Source of the DNA: a virus
Direction: 5' to 3' (one strand)
Length of the DNA stretch: 64,000 nucleotides
IMG/VR virus record: IMGVR_UViG_3300050821_005528
Coordinates: 1 to 64,000 of that record
This document shows positions 7,477 through 15,403 of this stretch, piece by piece; position 1 is the stretch's first letter; each line of letters starts with the position of its first letter. The position numbers and the translations under genes were made by a program. The notes under the pieces are model-generated. The model made no database searches and was not told where the DNA came from. It worked only from the letters and a program-made list of their open reading frames with translations.

Positions 7477-8201
7477 CGTTCCGCATCGAAACTCTTGCCG
7501 AAGGTGTGACGCTCTATCTCGGGGATTGTCGCGAAATATTGCCGACGCTCGGAAAAGTTGATGCCGTGGTGACTGATCCGCCGTATGGGATAGCCGATAA
7601 GCCAATGTTAGACCTTCCTGGACGCGGGGGTCGTGGAAACAACGATTATCATCCGCCGAGCGATTGGGATGCTGAGATCAATCCCGAGTGGCCGCGTTTA
7701 TGCGGGAAGGCCGCTTCATTAGTTGCGTGGTTTGGACATTGGCGTAAACGGGCCGATGTGGAAAATGCTATCGGGCTGCCGATCCGCGCTGAAATAGTGT
7801 GGGCTAAAGACACGCATGTTGGGCCGCCATGCCCAGTTGCGTCGCGCGATGAGCGCATATGGTTATTTTCGATAGCTGGGATTAAGGGTGATACGTTCGA
7901 AACCTCTGTTTGGGATTGTCCGATCATACCAACATGGTCATTTAAGCACCATAAGAATGAAAAGCCGGTTGCACTTATGCAACGGCTAATTCGATTTCTG
8001 GGCAGTGAAATCATCCTCGATCCTTTCATGGGCTCAGGCACCACAGGCGTTGCCGCCGTCAAGCTCGGAAGGAAGTTCATTGGTATCGAAAAAGATCCCA
8101 AGTATTTCGACATCGCCTGCCGCCGCATCTCCGAAGCCTTGAAGCAGCCCGATCTCTTTATCGAAAAGCCCAAGCCCTTGCGGCAGGAGAGTTTGCTGTG
8201 A
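7473..8201 (+). CDS. beta-class (CcrM/HinfI-like motif order) DNA N6-A or N4-C methyltransferase
   Basis: Motif IV VVTDPPYG is N-terminal and motif I ILDPFMGSGTTGVAA is C-terminal. ATGA overlap. Confidence 0.85.
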   Translation: MTFRIETLAEGVTLYLGDCREILPTLGKVDAVVTDPPYGIADKPMLDLPGRGGRGNNDYHPPSDWDAEINPEWPRLCGKAASLVAWFGHWRKRADVENAIGLPIRAEIVWAKDTHVGPPCPVASRDERIWLFSIAGIKGDTFETSVWDCPIIPTWSFKHHKNEKPVALMQRLIRFLGSEIILDPFMGSGTTGVAAVKLGRKFIGIEKDPKYFDIACRRISEALKQPDLFIEKPKPLRQESLL

Positions 8202-8659
8202 AGTACTCCACAAAGAAGATGAGCGATAGACAGTTAGCCGGCAATCGCAAAATCCTCAATATGACGGGTGGTCGCTGCTACTATTGCGCCTTCCCGCTCC
8301 ACTTGGAAAATCCTCGTGATTGGATGATCATAGGCGTCTGCCGAGATTTTGTACGGGAACACAAATTGCCACGGCAGCGGGGTGGCGAGAACCATCACAG
8401 CAATTACGTTCCGTCCTGTTGGAACTGCAATGGGATAAAATCAACATTCACTCTCGACGAATTTCGATTTTTACGGGGGCTTAGGTGCGGCGATCTTTCA
8501 TTCACCTTTCCATTTGAACAACCAAACACCGCCGGCCGCGACTGGCTTATCGTTCATAGCGAAAGTTTCGAAAAGACGTTGATCCTAAAAAACTTTCCAT
8601 TGGCGCGGTCTCGTTATCATTCGCGCGATGGATTTGTGTCATCGCATGGGCGCCGCTAG
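8198..8659 (+). CDS. HNH endonuclease
   Basis: CYYC...EHKLPRQRGGENHHSNYVPSCWNCNGIKS matches an HNH motif with flanking Cys pairs. Lower-GC island. GTGA overlap. Confidence 0.8.
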   Translation: MKYSTKKMSDRQLAGNRKILNMTGGRCYYCAFPLHLENPRDWMIIGVCRDFVREHKLPRQRGGENHHSNYVPSCWNCNGIKSTFTLDEFRFLRGLRCGDLSFTFPFEQPNTAGRDWLIVHSESFEKTLILKNFPLARSRYHSRDGFVSSHGRR

Positions 8660-9684
8660 TGACATCTCGTCCCACCAACATCATCAGGCGCCATCACACG
8701 CGTTTCTTTACGACGCTACCAAATGAAATTTTCAATGACGAGCGTCTGGCGCTGGACGAAATGGCGTTGCTGGGGTGGCTTCTTAGCCGCCCCCATGACT
8801 GGGAGGTAATCCCAGCCCAAATTCGCAAGCGGTTTAAGGTGGGCCGCGACAAGTTCTACCGGCTCATGACGAGCCTTTGTAACGCCGGCTATGTGAAGCG
8901 AGAGAAGGAACGCGCGAAAGACGGGACGATCTCCTGCATCCGCTATGTCGTAACCGATGATCCGGCCATTCCGGTGAGGCGGGTAACGCAGGAAGAAGTC
9001 GATTCCGAGTCCGATAGCGAGTCTGACAATCCCGCGGTGCCGAGTGCGAGTGTGGCGCCCTTACAACAGCCTGAAAAACCGGATACGGCTGATCCGGATA
9101 CGGTTTTTCAGGGGCCAGGACTAAGTAATGATATATACAAAACTCCCCCCTACCCCCCATTGGAACCTATGGCGAATCCGCAAGGCGCCGTCGAAGCAGT
9201 AAGAAAGATTCCAGAATTCAAGGAATTGTTGAGCAAGTGGCCGTCCGGAAGCATTCTCAGCAGCTCGGCAGCGGAGCGCCGATTTCTGCGCCTTGATGCC
9301 GATCGTAAGGCCGCCGCTGTGAACGGCATCGCGGGCTATCTGGCGGGCATGCGGCTTCGTGGTTGGAAGGTCTGTGATCTGCAAACCTATTTGCGTGATC
9401 GCCGATGGGAAAAAGTTGGGGGAAACACCGAGAAGGTGGCTTACCTGACCAAAGGCGGCACGCCTCAGGCGTTTCGGTGGCTTGAATATCGCAAGGGGCT
9501 CGGAGAACCGACCGCCTTCATGGAGGATTGTTGGAAATCGGGTCGCCCCTGGTACGCGCCTTCCGAGTGGCCGCCTCCGGTTCCGAACGATGATCGCAAG
9601 GGAGAGCCCGTGGAACGCCATCCCCCTCCTGAAAATAACCCCGATCTTTCCCCTCTCGCCGACGAACTGGAACGCACCAAATGA
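8659..9684 (+). CDS. winged-HTH replication-initiator-like protein
   Basis: N-terminus FTTLPNEIFNDERLALDEMALLGWLLSRPHDWEV...FYRLMTSLCNAGYV is typical of phage and plasmid initiator wHTH domains. A low-complexity linker is encoded by the ori-like palindrome. Confidence 0.55.
   Translation: MTSRPTNIIRRHHTRFFTTLPNEIFNDERLALDEMALLGWLLSRPHDWEVIPAQIRKRFKVGRDKFYRLMTSLCNAGYVKREKERAKDGTISCIRYVVTDDPAIPVRRVTQEEVDSESDSESDNPAVPSASVAPLQQPEKPDTADPDTVFQGPGLSNDIYKTPPYPPLEPMANPQGAVEAVRKIPEFKELLSKWPSGSILSSSAAERRFLRLDADRKAAAVNGIAGYLAGMRLRGWKVCDLQTYLRDRRWEKVGGNTEKVAYLTKGGTPQAFRWLEYRKGLGEPTAFMEDCWKSGRPWYAPSEWPPPVPNDDRKGEPVERHPPPENNPDLSPLADELERTK
9070..9145. other. candidate replication origin: palindrome with two direct 10-mers, followed by an AT-rich tract
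   Basis: The sequence is CCTGAAAAA-CCGGATACGG-CTGAT-CCGGATACGG-TTTTTCAGG (9070-9112; the outer 12-mers are perfect inverted repeats). It is followed by CTAAGTAATGATATATACAAAACT. It lies inside the linker of the initiator-like gene, a lambda O/ori-like arrangement. Confidence 0.4.
9589..9638 (+). promoter_or_regulatory. bipartite recurrent element, copy 3, degenerate (GATGATCGCAA, 28-nt spacer, CCTGAAAATAA)
   Basis: Direct reading. It lies inside the 3' end of 8659-9684, 69 nt upstream of 9707 and the packaging module. Confidence 0.35.
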
Positions 9685-9706
9685 CCCGCTCTAGGACAAT
9701 GAATCC

Positions 9707-9997
9707 GTGACCAGGAAATACACGCCCGAAGAGGCGGCGCGCGCGAAGGCGCGTGAACGTATCCGTGTTCGCGAATGGCGACGTTCCCGCCGCGCCGAGG
9801 GAAGCCTCAGCCACCCGAGCGCCCATTACGCAAATCATGTCCACGTTCCGCTGGAAGTGGAACGTGACCGTCAAAAGCGGCTCGCCTATTCCGCGCCCGA
9901 TTTGACGGCTGCCGTGATGGGCGACCCGCCGCCTGAGCGTTCGGCGCTCTATCTCCGTCACCTTGTCAGCGTTTGCGGTGGTGATAAATCTGGGTGA
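9707..9997 (+). CDS. hypothetical basic protein (96 aa)
   Basis: GTG start with a weak RBS. Confidence 0.4.
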   Translation: MTRKYTPEEAARAKARERIRVREWRRSRRAEGSLSHPSAHYANHVHVPLEVERDRQKRLAYSAPDLTAAVMGDPPPERSALYLRHLVSVCGGDKSG

Positions 9998-10034
9998 GTC
10001 GCATTGGTGGCTTGAATGAACGAGATGGAATCAA

Positions 10035-10694
10035 ATGGAATCGGTCGCGTTGGTGCCCGTGGATGTCGGATCGGAGCCGCTTGCTGGGAAGCTTGAGCGG
10101 TTTGCGCAGATGCTCGCGCTGCGCCTTCCGCCCGATGCGGCAGCGCGCGAGGCCCAATACCCGGCATCAGGTGAGCCGGTCACATTCGCGGCGAATGCCC
10201 GAAAGCGTGCACGGCTTGCGTCAGTGCGTAGCCGAGTTAAGTGGCTGGCGCGGCAGGAAGAAGAGGTTCTGGCGGTCAAGCGCGAACGGCTGGAAGAGCG
10301 GCTGTGGGCTTGGCACGAGAGCGATATCGGGGCGTTCTATCACATGGTTGATGAGATTGTGTTTGACGCCGATGGCATGCCGATTCTCGGCGCCGATGGT
10401 GAGCCAAAAACCCGCACGGTTGAGCGGTTGAAGCTTTTCAGCGAAATGCCGCCTGAGCAGCGCTTGCTCGTCAAATCGCTGCGTTACACCGAGCGCGGCA
10501 AGCCTAACTTGGAGCTTTACGGCGCCGACGACGCAAACCGCGAACTGCGCAAGCTGAACGGTCTTGATGTCCAGCGCACGGCTGGCGAGGCCAACTTCGA
10601 TCGCATGTCGGACGCCCAGATTTTCCACGAACTGGCGCGGCAGGCAAGCGAGCTGGGGGTGAACGTCACGCTGTCGATTGATGGAGGCGCGTAG
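10035..10694 (+). CDS. terS: terminase small subunit
   Basis: Positioned directly upstream of and overlapping terL. It has a helical N-terminus and a C-terminal part (LKLFSEMPPEQRLLVKSLRYTERGKPNLELYGADDANRELRKLNG) like Terminase_2-type small subunits. Confidence 0.65.
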   Translation: MESVALVPVDVGSEPLAGKLERFAQMLALRLPPDAAAREAQYPASGEPVTFAANARKRARLASVRSRVKWLARQEEEVLAVKRERLEERLWAWHESDIGAFYHMVDEIVFDADGMPILGADGEPKTRTVERLKLFSEMPPEQRLLVKSLRYTERGKPNLELYGADDANRELRKLNGLDVQRTAGEANFDRMSDAQIFHELARQASELGVNVTLSIDGGA

Positions 10695-12444
10695 CGTGCT
10701 TTCGCGCCGCTCCCTCGGGCAATTGCTGGCCGGCGTCGCGGCGCTTGCGATGTCGGGTGAAGCCGCGCCTGCGCGTGAAAAGCTCGAAAGGCTGCGGCGC
10801 ACGGCTGCGGAAGCATTACGCCGCATTGCTCGCGACGAGCAATCGCGTTATGGTTGGTATGATGAGAACGGTGTCCGCCAGGGTGGATTGATCGCCTTCG
10901 TGCGGTATTTCTGGCACGTGCTGGAACCCGAGACGCCGTTTGTCGATGGCTGGCCGCTGTGGGTGATGTGCGAGCACCTTGAGGGCGTCACGCGTGGGGA
11001 AATCACGCATTTGTTGGTCAACGTCCCGCCTGGCTTCATGAAGTCGTTGCTGGTGGATGTGTTCTGGCCGGCGTGGGAGTGGGGGCCGATGGACCTGGCG
11101 CATCTGCGGTATGTGGCGTTTTCGTATTCCGCATCCCTGACGGAACGCGACAACGGCCGCTTTCGCGACCTGATCACCAGCCCGGGATATGTCGCGCTGT
11201 ATAAGGGCGTTCGGCCTCGCAACAAGACCACGCTCAAGGTTCACAATACGCGCACGGGTTGGAAGCTCGCTTCGTCGGTCGGCGGCGTGGGCACCGGCGA
11301 GCGCGGCGACCGCATCATTCTCGATGACCCCCACAACGTGAAGGAAGCCGAATCTGATACCGTGCGCGAGGAAACCGTGCGGTGGTTTCGCGAGTCGCTG
11401 TCGTCGCGCTTCAACAACGAGAACACGGCATTCATCGTCATCATGCAGCGCGTCCACGAAGACGACGTGTCCGGTGTGATTCTCAGTGCGGGCCTCGGCT
11501 ATTGTCACGTTTGCATACCGTGGGAATACGAGTATGGCCGCTGCGTCGATGCGAAAGGCGATCCGGTGCCTAACAGCTTTGGGTGGGTCGATCCACGCCT
11601 CGCGCCGCTCGCGCCAGATGAATGCGAAGGTCTTCCTGCCTGGGAAGCGCGTTTCCCCCCCAAGGTGATCGATATGCTGCGCCACGCCCTCGGGCCTTAC
11701 GCCTGGGCTGGGCAATACCAGCAGGCGCCGAGCCCGCGCGGCGGCGGTATCTTCCAGCGCGATTGGTGGCAGTTATGGGAATCCGATGACGGCAAGTTCC
11801 CGACGCTCGAATATGTGGTCGCATCGCTCGATGGCGCTTTCACCGAGGACGAAGAGAACGATCCGTCAGCCCTGACCGTATGGGGGGTGTTCATCAATGA
11901 CCAGAACCGCCGCCGCGTCATTCTTCTGCATGCGTGGCGCAAGTTCTTGAAGTTCTCCGGGCCGCGAATCGCCATGGAGGGCGGTGAAACGAAGGCCGCC
12001 TATCGTCGGCGTTGCATGCCGGAATGGGGCCTGATCGAGTGGACCGCCGATACGTGTCGCCGCTTCAAGGTCGATCTGCTCCTGATCGAGGGCAAGGCGT
12101 CTGGTATGAGTGCCGCCGATGAATTGCGCGGCCGGTACGGGTTTGAAGGATGGGGCATTCACATCATGCCTGTCAAAGGGGATAAGGTAGCGCGTGCCCT
12201 TGCGGTACAGCCAATATTTTCCCAATTTACGGTCTATGCGCCGGATCGCGACTGGGCCGAAATGGTGATCGACGAGATGGCGGTATTTCCGAAAGGGAAA
12301 TATGATGACCTGACCGACTCGGCCACTCAAGCTATGGGGTATCTGCGTGGCGTGGGGATGGTGCAAAGCGATGAGGAGGCTGCGGCGGCTGAAATCGAGC
12401 CGGCCGTTCACAAGCCGCGCCAGCGGGCGCTTTATCCGGTGTAG
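10681..12444 (+). CDS. terL: terminase large subunit
   Basis: Walker A-like VNVPPGFMKS, Walker B IILDDPHN and coupling motif VIMQRVHEDD. The C-terminal nuclease half has ASLDGAF...DPSAL and DDLTDSATQAM. Confidence 0.9.
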   Translation: MEARSVLSRRSLGQLLAGVAALAMSGEAAPAREKLERLRRTAAEALRRIARDEQSRYGWYDENGVRQGGLIAFVRYFWHVLEPETPFVDGWPLWVMCEHLEGVTRGEITHLLVNVPPGFMKSLLVDVFWPAWEWGPMDLAHLRYVAFSYSASLTERDNGRFRDLITSPGYVALYKGVRPRNKTTLKVHNTRTGWKLASSVGGVGTGERGDRIILDDPHNVKEAESDTVREETVRWFRESLSSRFNNENTAFIVIMQRVHEDDVSGVILSAGLGYCHVCIPWEYEYGRCVDAKGDPVPNSFGWVDPRLAPLAPDECEGLPAWEARFPPKVIDMLRHALGPYAWAGQYQQAPSPRGGGIFQRDWWQLWESDDGKFPTLEYVVASLDGAFTEDEENDPSALTVWGVFINDQNRRRVILLHAWRKFLKFSGPRIAMEGGETKAAYRRRCMPEWGLIEWTADTCRRFKVDLLLIEGKASGMSAADELRGRYGFEGWGIHIMPVKGDKVARALAVQPIFSQFTVYAPDRDWAEMVIDEMAVFPKGKYDDLTDSATQAMGYLRGVGMVQSDEEAAAAEIEPAVHKPRQRALYPV

Positions 12445-12452
12445 GAGAAACC

Positions 12453-12743
12453 ATGACATCACCAACTTTACTCAAGCCGTCAATGCCGTTGACCGACGAT
12501 CAGGCCTATTGCCGCGATCTATTGCGCGAGGCGCTCGCGCTGGCCGATGCCGGCAAGGTCAATTCGTTGTGCATGGTGGTGTGCATGGAGGGCGGTTTTG
12601 CGACCGTGATGGGCGGGCGCCGCGGCGCCGATCTGCATGTGGGCTGCCATGACTTGCAGGCGAAGATTCTTGCAGAATTGACTGGCGGCAATGTGGCGCG
12701 GCCTAAACCGCGCGGGTCGAGCATCATTCAGGTGAAGCCATGA
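12453..12743 (+). CDS. hypothetical protein (96 aa)
   Basis: RBS GTAGGAGAAACC followed by ATG. Confidence 0.6.
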   Translation: MTSPTLLKPSMPLTDDQAYCRDLLREALALADAGKVNSLCMVVCMEGGFATVMGGRRGADLHVGCHDLQAKILAELTGGNVARPKPRGSSIIQVKP

Positions 12744-13033
12744 TCGAGTCGCGTGATATCTGTGAGCGGTTGGAAGAGATCGCGCACTATGCGGATGTAG
12801 ATGTAATCGGAGGTGGCGACACTGCGGAGACAATTCGCGAAGCCATTGCCACCATCAAAGCCTATCGCGCCGTGGTCGGCAGAGCGCAAGGAAATCCGTC
12901 CGATGCCTTCCAAGACATCCGCCGGCAAGCGAAAAGCATTGCGGAAGCGCCCGACGTGCGTGAAATGCGGCCGGTCGATCATAGCGTTTCGCCCCGGTTG
13001 GCAGAGCCTCTATCGCCCGAGCAGAGATCATGA
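12740..13033 (+). CDS. hypothetical protein (97 aa); 3' part conflicts with the next call
   Basis: ATGA overlap with the upstream gene. The last ~130 nt overlap a better-looking alternative frame. Confidence 0.4.
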   Translation: MIESRDICERLEEIAHYADVDVIGGGDTAETIREAIATIKAYRAVVGRAQGNPSDAFQDIRRQAKSIAEAPDVREMRPVDHSVSPRLAEPLSPEQRS

Positions 13034-13106
13034 CCTCTGCCGGCGTTGCTTCAAGGCGGAATGCGACAGGAACCGATTGAATGGCATCGGCGACGGCACA
13101 CGGTAA
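12903..13106 (+). CDS. small zinc-ribbon protein (67 aa)
   Basis: CVKCGRS...(22 aa)...CRRCF gives two CxxC pairs. Third-position GC is visibly higher than in the overlapping frame. Confidence 0.45.
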   Translation: MPSKTSAGKRKALRKRPTCVKCGRSIIAFRPGWQSLYRPSRDHDLCRRCFKAECDRNRLNGIGDGTR

Positions 13107-13112
13107 AAACTA

Positions 13113-15389
13113 ATGGCTGACGCCGCAGCGGCTTCCGATATCGTCGTTCATATCGAGGACGAGGACAATGCCACGCGGGTTGATCCCGCTACCGGCACTA
13201 TCGAAATTGACCAGCCTGACGGCAGCGTGGTCGTGCAACTCGACGCCAAGCGGCAATCGAAGCCTGACGGCGACGAGGGCGATAAGTTCTACGCTAATCT
13301 GGCGATCGATATTCCCGGCATCCGGCTCGGGCAGATCGCGAACGATTTGATTGACGCCATCCAGGCCGACGACCGCTCGCGCGGGCAATATCTGCAAATC
13401 AGGGCGCGCGGTCTCGACTTGTTGGGGCTCAAGCTCGAAGAGCCGAAGTCGAGCGTGGGCGATTCGGGCTCGTCGATCGATGGCATGTCGAGCGTGACAA
13501 ACCCGCTGCTGCTTGAAGCTGTATTGAAGGGCTGGGCCAACGCCCGCGCCGAGCTGCTGCCAGCGGAAGGGCCGGTCAAGATCAGCGACGAAGGCGACGA
13601 GACGGCGGCAGAAGACGAGCAAGCCGAGACGCTGGAAAAGGATTTCAATTACTATCTGACAAAGACAGCGACCGAGTACGTCCCCGACACTTCGCATATG
13701 CTGTTGTGGGGAACATATTTCGGTGGCTCCGGGTTCAAGAAGGTTTATCGCTGCCCGATGCGGCGGCGCCCGGTTTCCGAGTCGATCGATGCCAAAGACC
13801 TGATCGTTTCCGATACCACCAAGGATCTGAAAGCCTGCGGGCGCGTCACGCACGTGATCACCATGCGGCCGTCCGTGATGAAGCGGATGAAGCTGCTCGG
13901 CGCCTACCGCGACGCAACGCTGACGCAGCCCACGCCGCAGCCGAACGTGGTCGATGCTAAGATCGCCGGCATCCAGGGCACGCAGCCGACCCGTGACCGC
14001 CCCGAGGATGAGCCCTTTACGCTTTATGAGACGCAATGCGAAATCGATCTTGAGGAGGGCTTTGATCATCCTTCCATGAGCGGCAGCCAGTTCAAGGACG
14101 CCGGCATTCCGCTTCCGTATCTCGTCACTATCGATAAGGATTCGCGGGAAATCCTGCAATTGCGTCGCGATTGGGAAGAGGGCGACGAGGAGTGCGAGCG
14201 CGATCGCATGTATGTGAAATACCCTTACGTTCCAGGCCCTGGTTTCTACGGAACCGGGATGCTCAACATTCTCGGAAATTGCTCGGCCGCGATGACGGCG
14301 GCATGGCGTGAGGCGCTTGACTGCGGCATGTTCGCGAACTTTCCGGGCGGACTGATCACGAAGCTTGGGTCGCGGCAGAACACCAGCAATTTCCGGCTTG
14401 GACCCGGAGAGTTCGTGCCGGTCGAAACCAACAACCTGCCGATCGACAAGGTGGCCATGCCGCTGCCGTACAAGGATGTAACGAGTGGGCTGCTCAAGCT
14501 GATCGAGTTGATAACCGGGCAAGCAAAGGAATTGGGCGGCTCTGCCGAAATCCCCGCTGGCGAAGGGCTGCAAAACATCCCGGTCGGAACCATGTTGGCG
14601 CAGATCGAGCAGGCCACGAAGGTCATGGCGGCGGCGCACAAGGACATGCACCAAGCGCAGGCCGAAGAAATCGACCTGTTCACCAAACTCTTCCGCCGCC
14701 ATCCGGAGGATTTCTGGCGCAGCAACAAGCGGTGTGCGCCGAATACATGGGACGAGCAGAAATTGCTTGCCGCGCTTGACAATTGCAAGCTGGTGCCGCG
14801 TTCCGATCCCAACACGCCGTCGCACCTGCATCGCATCATGAAGGCGGTCGCATGGGCTAACCTCATCGTAATACCGGCGTTTGCGCCATTTCTCAACGCC
14901 AAGGAAATCCTGCTGCGTATTGTGAGGGCGATGCGCGAGGACCCGGCCGGCGTCGTAGTCGATCCGCCGCCCTCGCAGCCGCAGGGCGATCCGGCCGCGA
15001 TGGCGACCGCTAATGCCAAGGTGTTGGACGCTCAGACCAAGGCGCAAAAGCTTCAGATCGACGCCGCCAAGGTCGGCAACGATGCCCAGATCAAGGCGGG
15101 CGAGCTCGCTGCCGAAACCGGTATCGAGCAGTTGCGTCTCAAGCGCGAGGAGATTATCCATCGGGGCGATGCCGCGCAGCAGGCGCAAGATACCGCTCTC
15201 GATGTGCGCAAGCAGGCGCTGGCCGAAAACCAGCATTCGCTCGAACAGGCGAAGGTTGGACACGAGGCTTCGATGGGAATGCGTGAACATTCGTTGGACC
15301 AGGCACGTCATGGCCTTGACGTTGAGAAAGCGAGGCATGATGTTCGCATGGATTTGACGCCAGAATCGCCCAAACCTCAGAAACCTTGA
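13113..15389 (+). CDS. portal protein with long C-terminal helical (barrel-like) extension
   Basis: 758 aa, immediately downstream of the terminase, with an acidic N-terminus. The last ~130 aa are A/Q/K/E-rich with heptad-like spacing, as in P22-type portal barrels. This is a synteny and size call. Confidence 0.75.
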   Translation: MADAAAASDIVVHIEDEDNATRVDPATGTIEIDQPDGSVVVQLDAKRQSKPDGDEGDKFYANLAIDIPGIRLGQIANDLIDAIQADDRSRGQYLQIRARGLDLLGLKLEEPKSSVGDSGSSIDGMSSVTNPLLLEAVLKGWANARAELLPAEGPVKISDEGDETAAEDEQAETLEKDFNYYLTKTATEYVPDTSHMLLWGTYFGGSGFKKVYRCPMRRRPVSESIDAKDLIVSDTTKDLKACGRVTHVITMRPSVMKRMKLLGAYRDATLTQPTPQPNVVDAKIAGIQGTQPTRDRPEDEPFTLYETQCEIDLEEGFDHPSMSGSQFKDAGIPLPYLVTIDKDSREILQLRRDWEEGDEECERDRMYVKYPYVPGPGFYGTGMLNILGNCSAAMTAAWREALDCGMFANFPGGLITKLGSRQNTSNFRLGPGEFVPVETNNLPIDKVAMPLPYKDVTSGLLKLIELITGQAKELGGSAEIPAGEGLQNIPVGTMLAQIEQATKVMAAAHKDMHQAQAEEIDLFTKLFRRHPEDFWRSNKRCAPNTWDEQKLLAALDNCKLVPRSDPNTPSHLHRIMKAVAWANLIVIPAFAPFLNAKEILLRIVRAMREDPAGVVVDPPPSQPQGDPAAMATANAKVLDAQTKAQKLQIDAAKVGNDAQIKAGELAAETGIEQLRLKREEIIHRGDAAQQAQDTALDVRKQALAENQHSLEQAKVGHEASMGMREHSLDQARHGLDVEKARHDVRMDLTPESPKPQKP

Positions 15390-15403
15390 AAGGCGCGCCC
15401 GCC

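Noticed and set aside
10816-11715. A 299-aa minus-strand ORF inside terL. Similar long antisense or off-frame ORFs occur at 19531-20793, 24993-25792, 26877-27980, 29662-30675, 33213-33887, 35135-36190, 38218-39396, 38342-39331, 42460-43983, 51779-52615 and 52882-53809.
   Set aside because: All overlap ORFs that carry recognisable motifs or clean RBS/overlap junctions. Their products are Arg/Pro/Gly-rich, as expected for wrong-frame translation of high-GC coding DNA.
13110-15338. A 742-aa ORF on the minus strand covering the whole portal gene.
   Set aside because: This is an antisense shadow ORF, typical of GC-rich DNA. Its translation is Arg/Leu/Gly/His-rich low complexity with no motif, while the plus frame has a good RBS context, fits portal synteny and has an acidic N-terminus.
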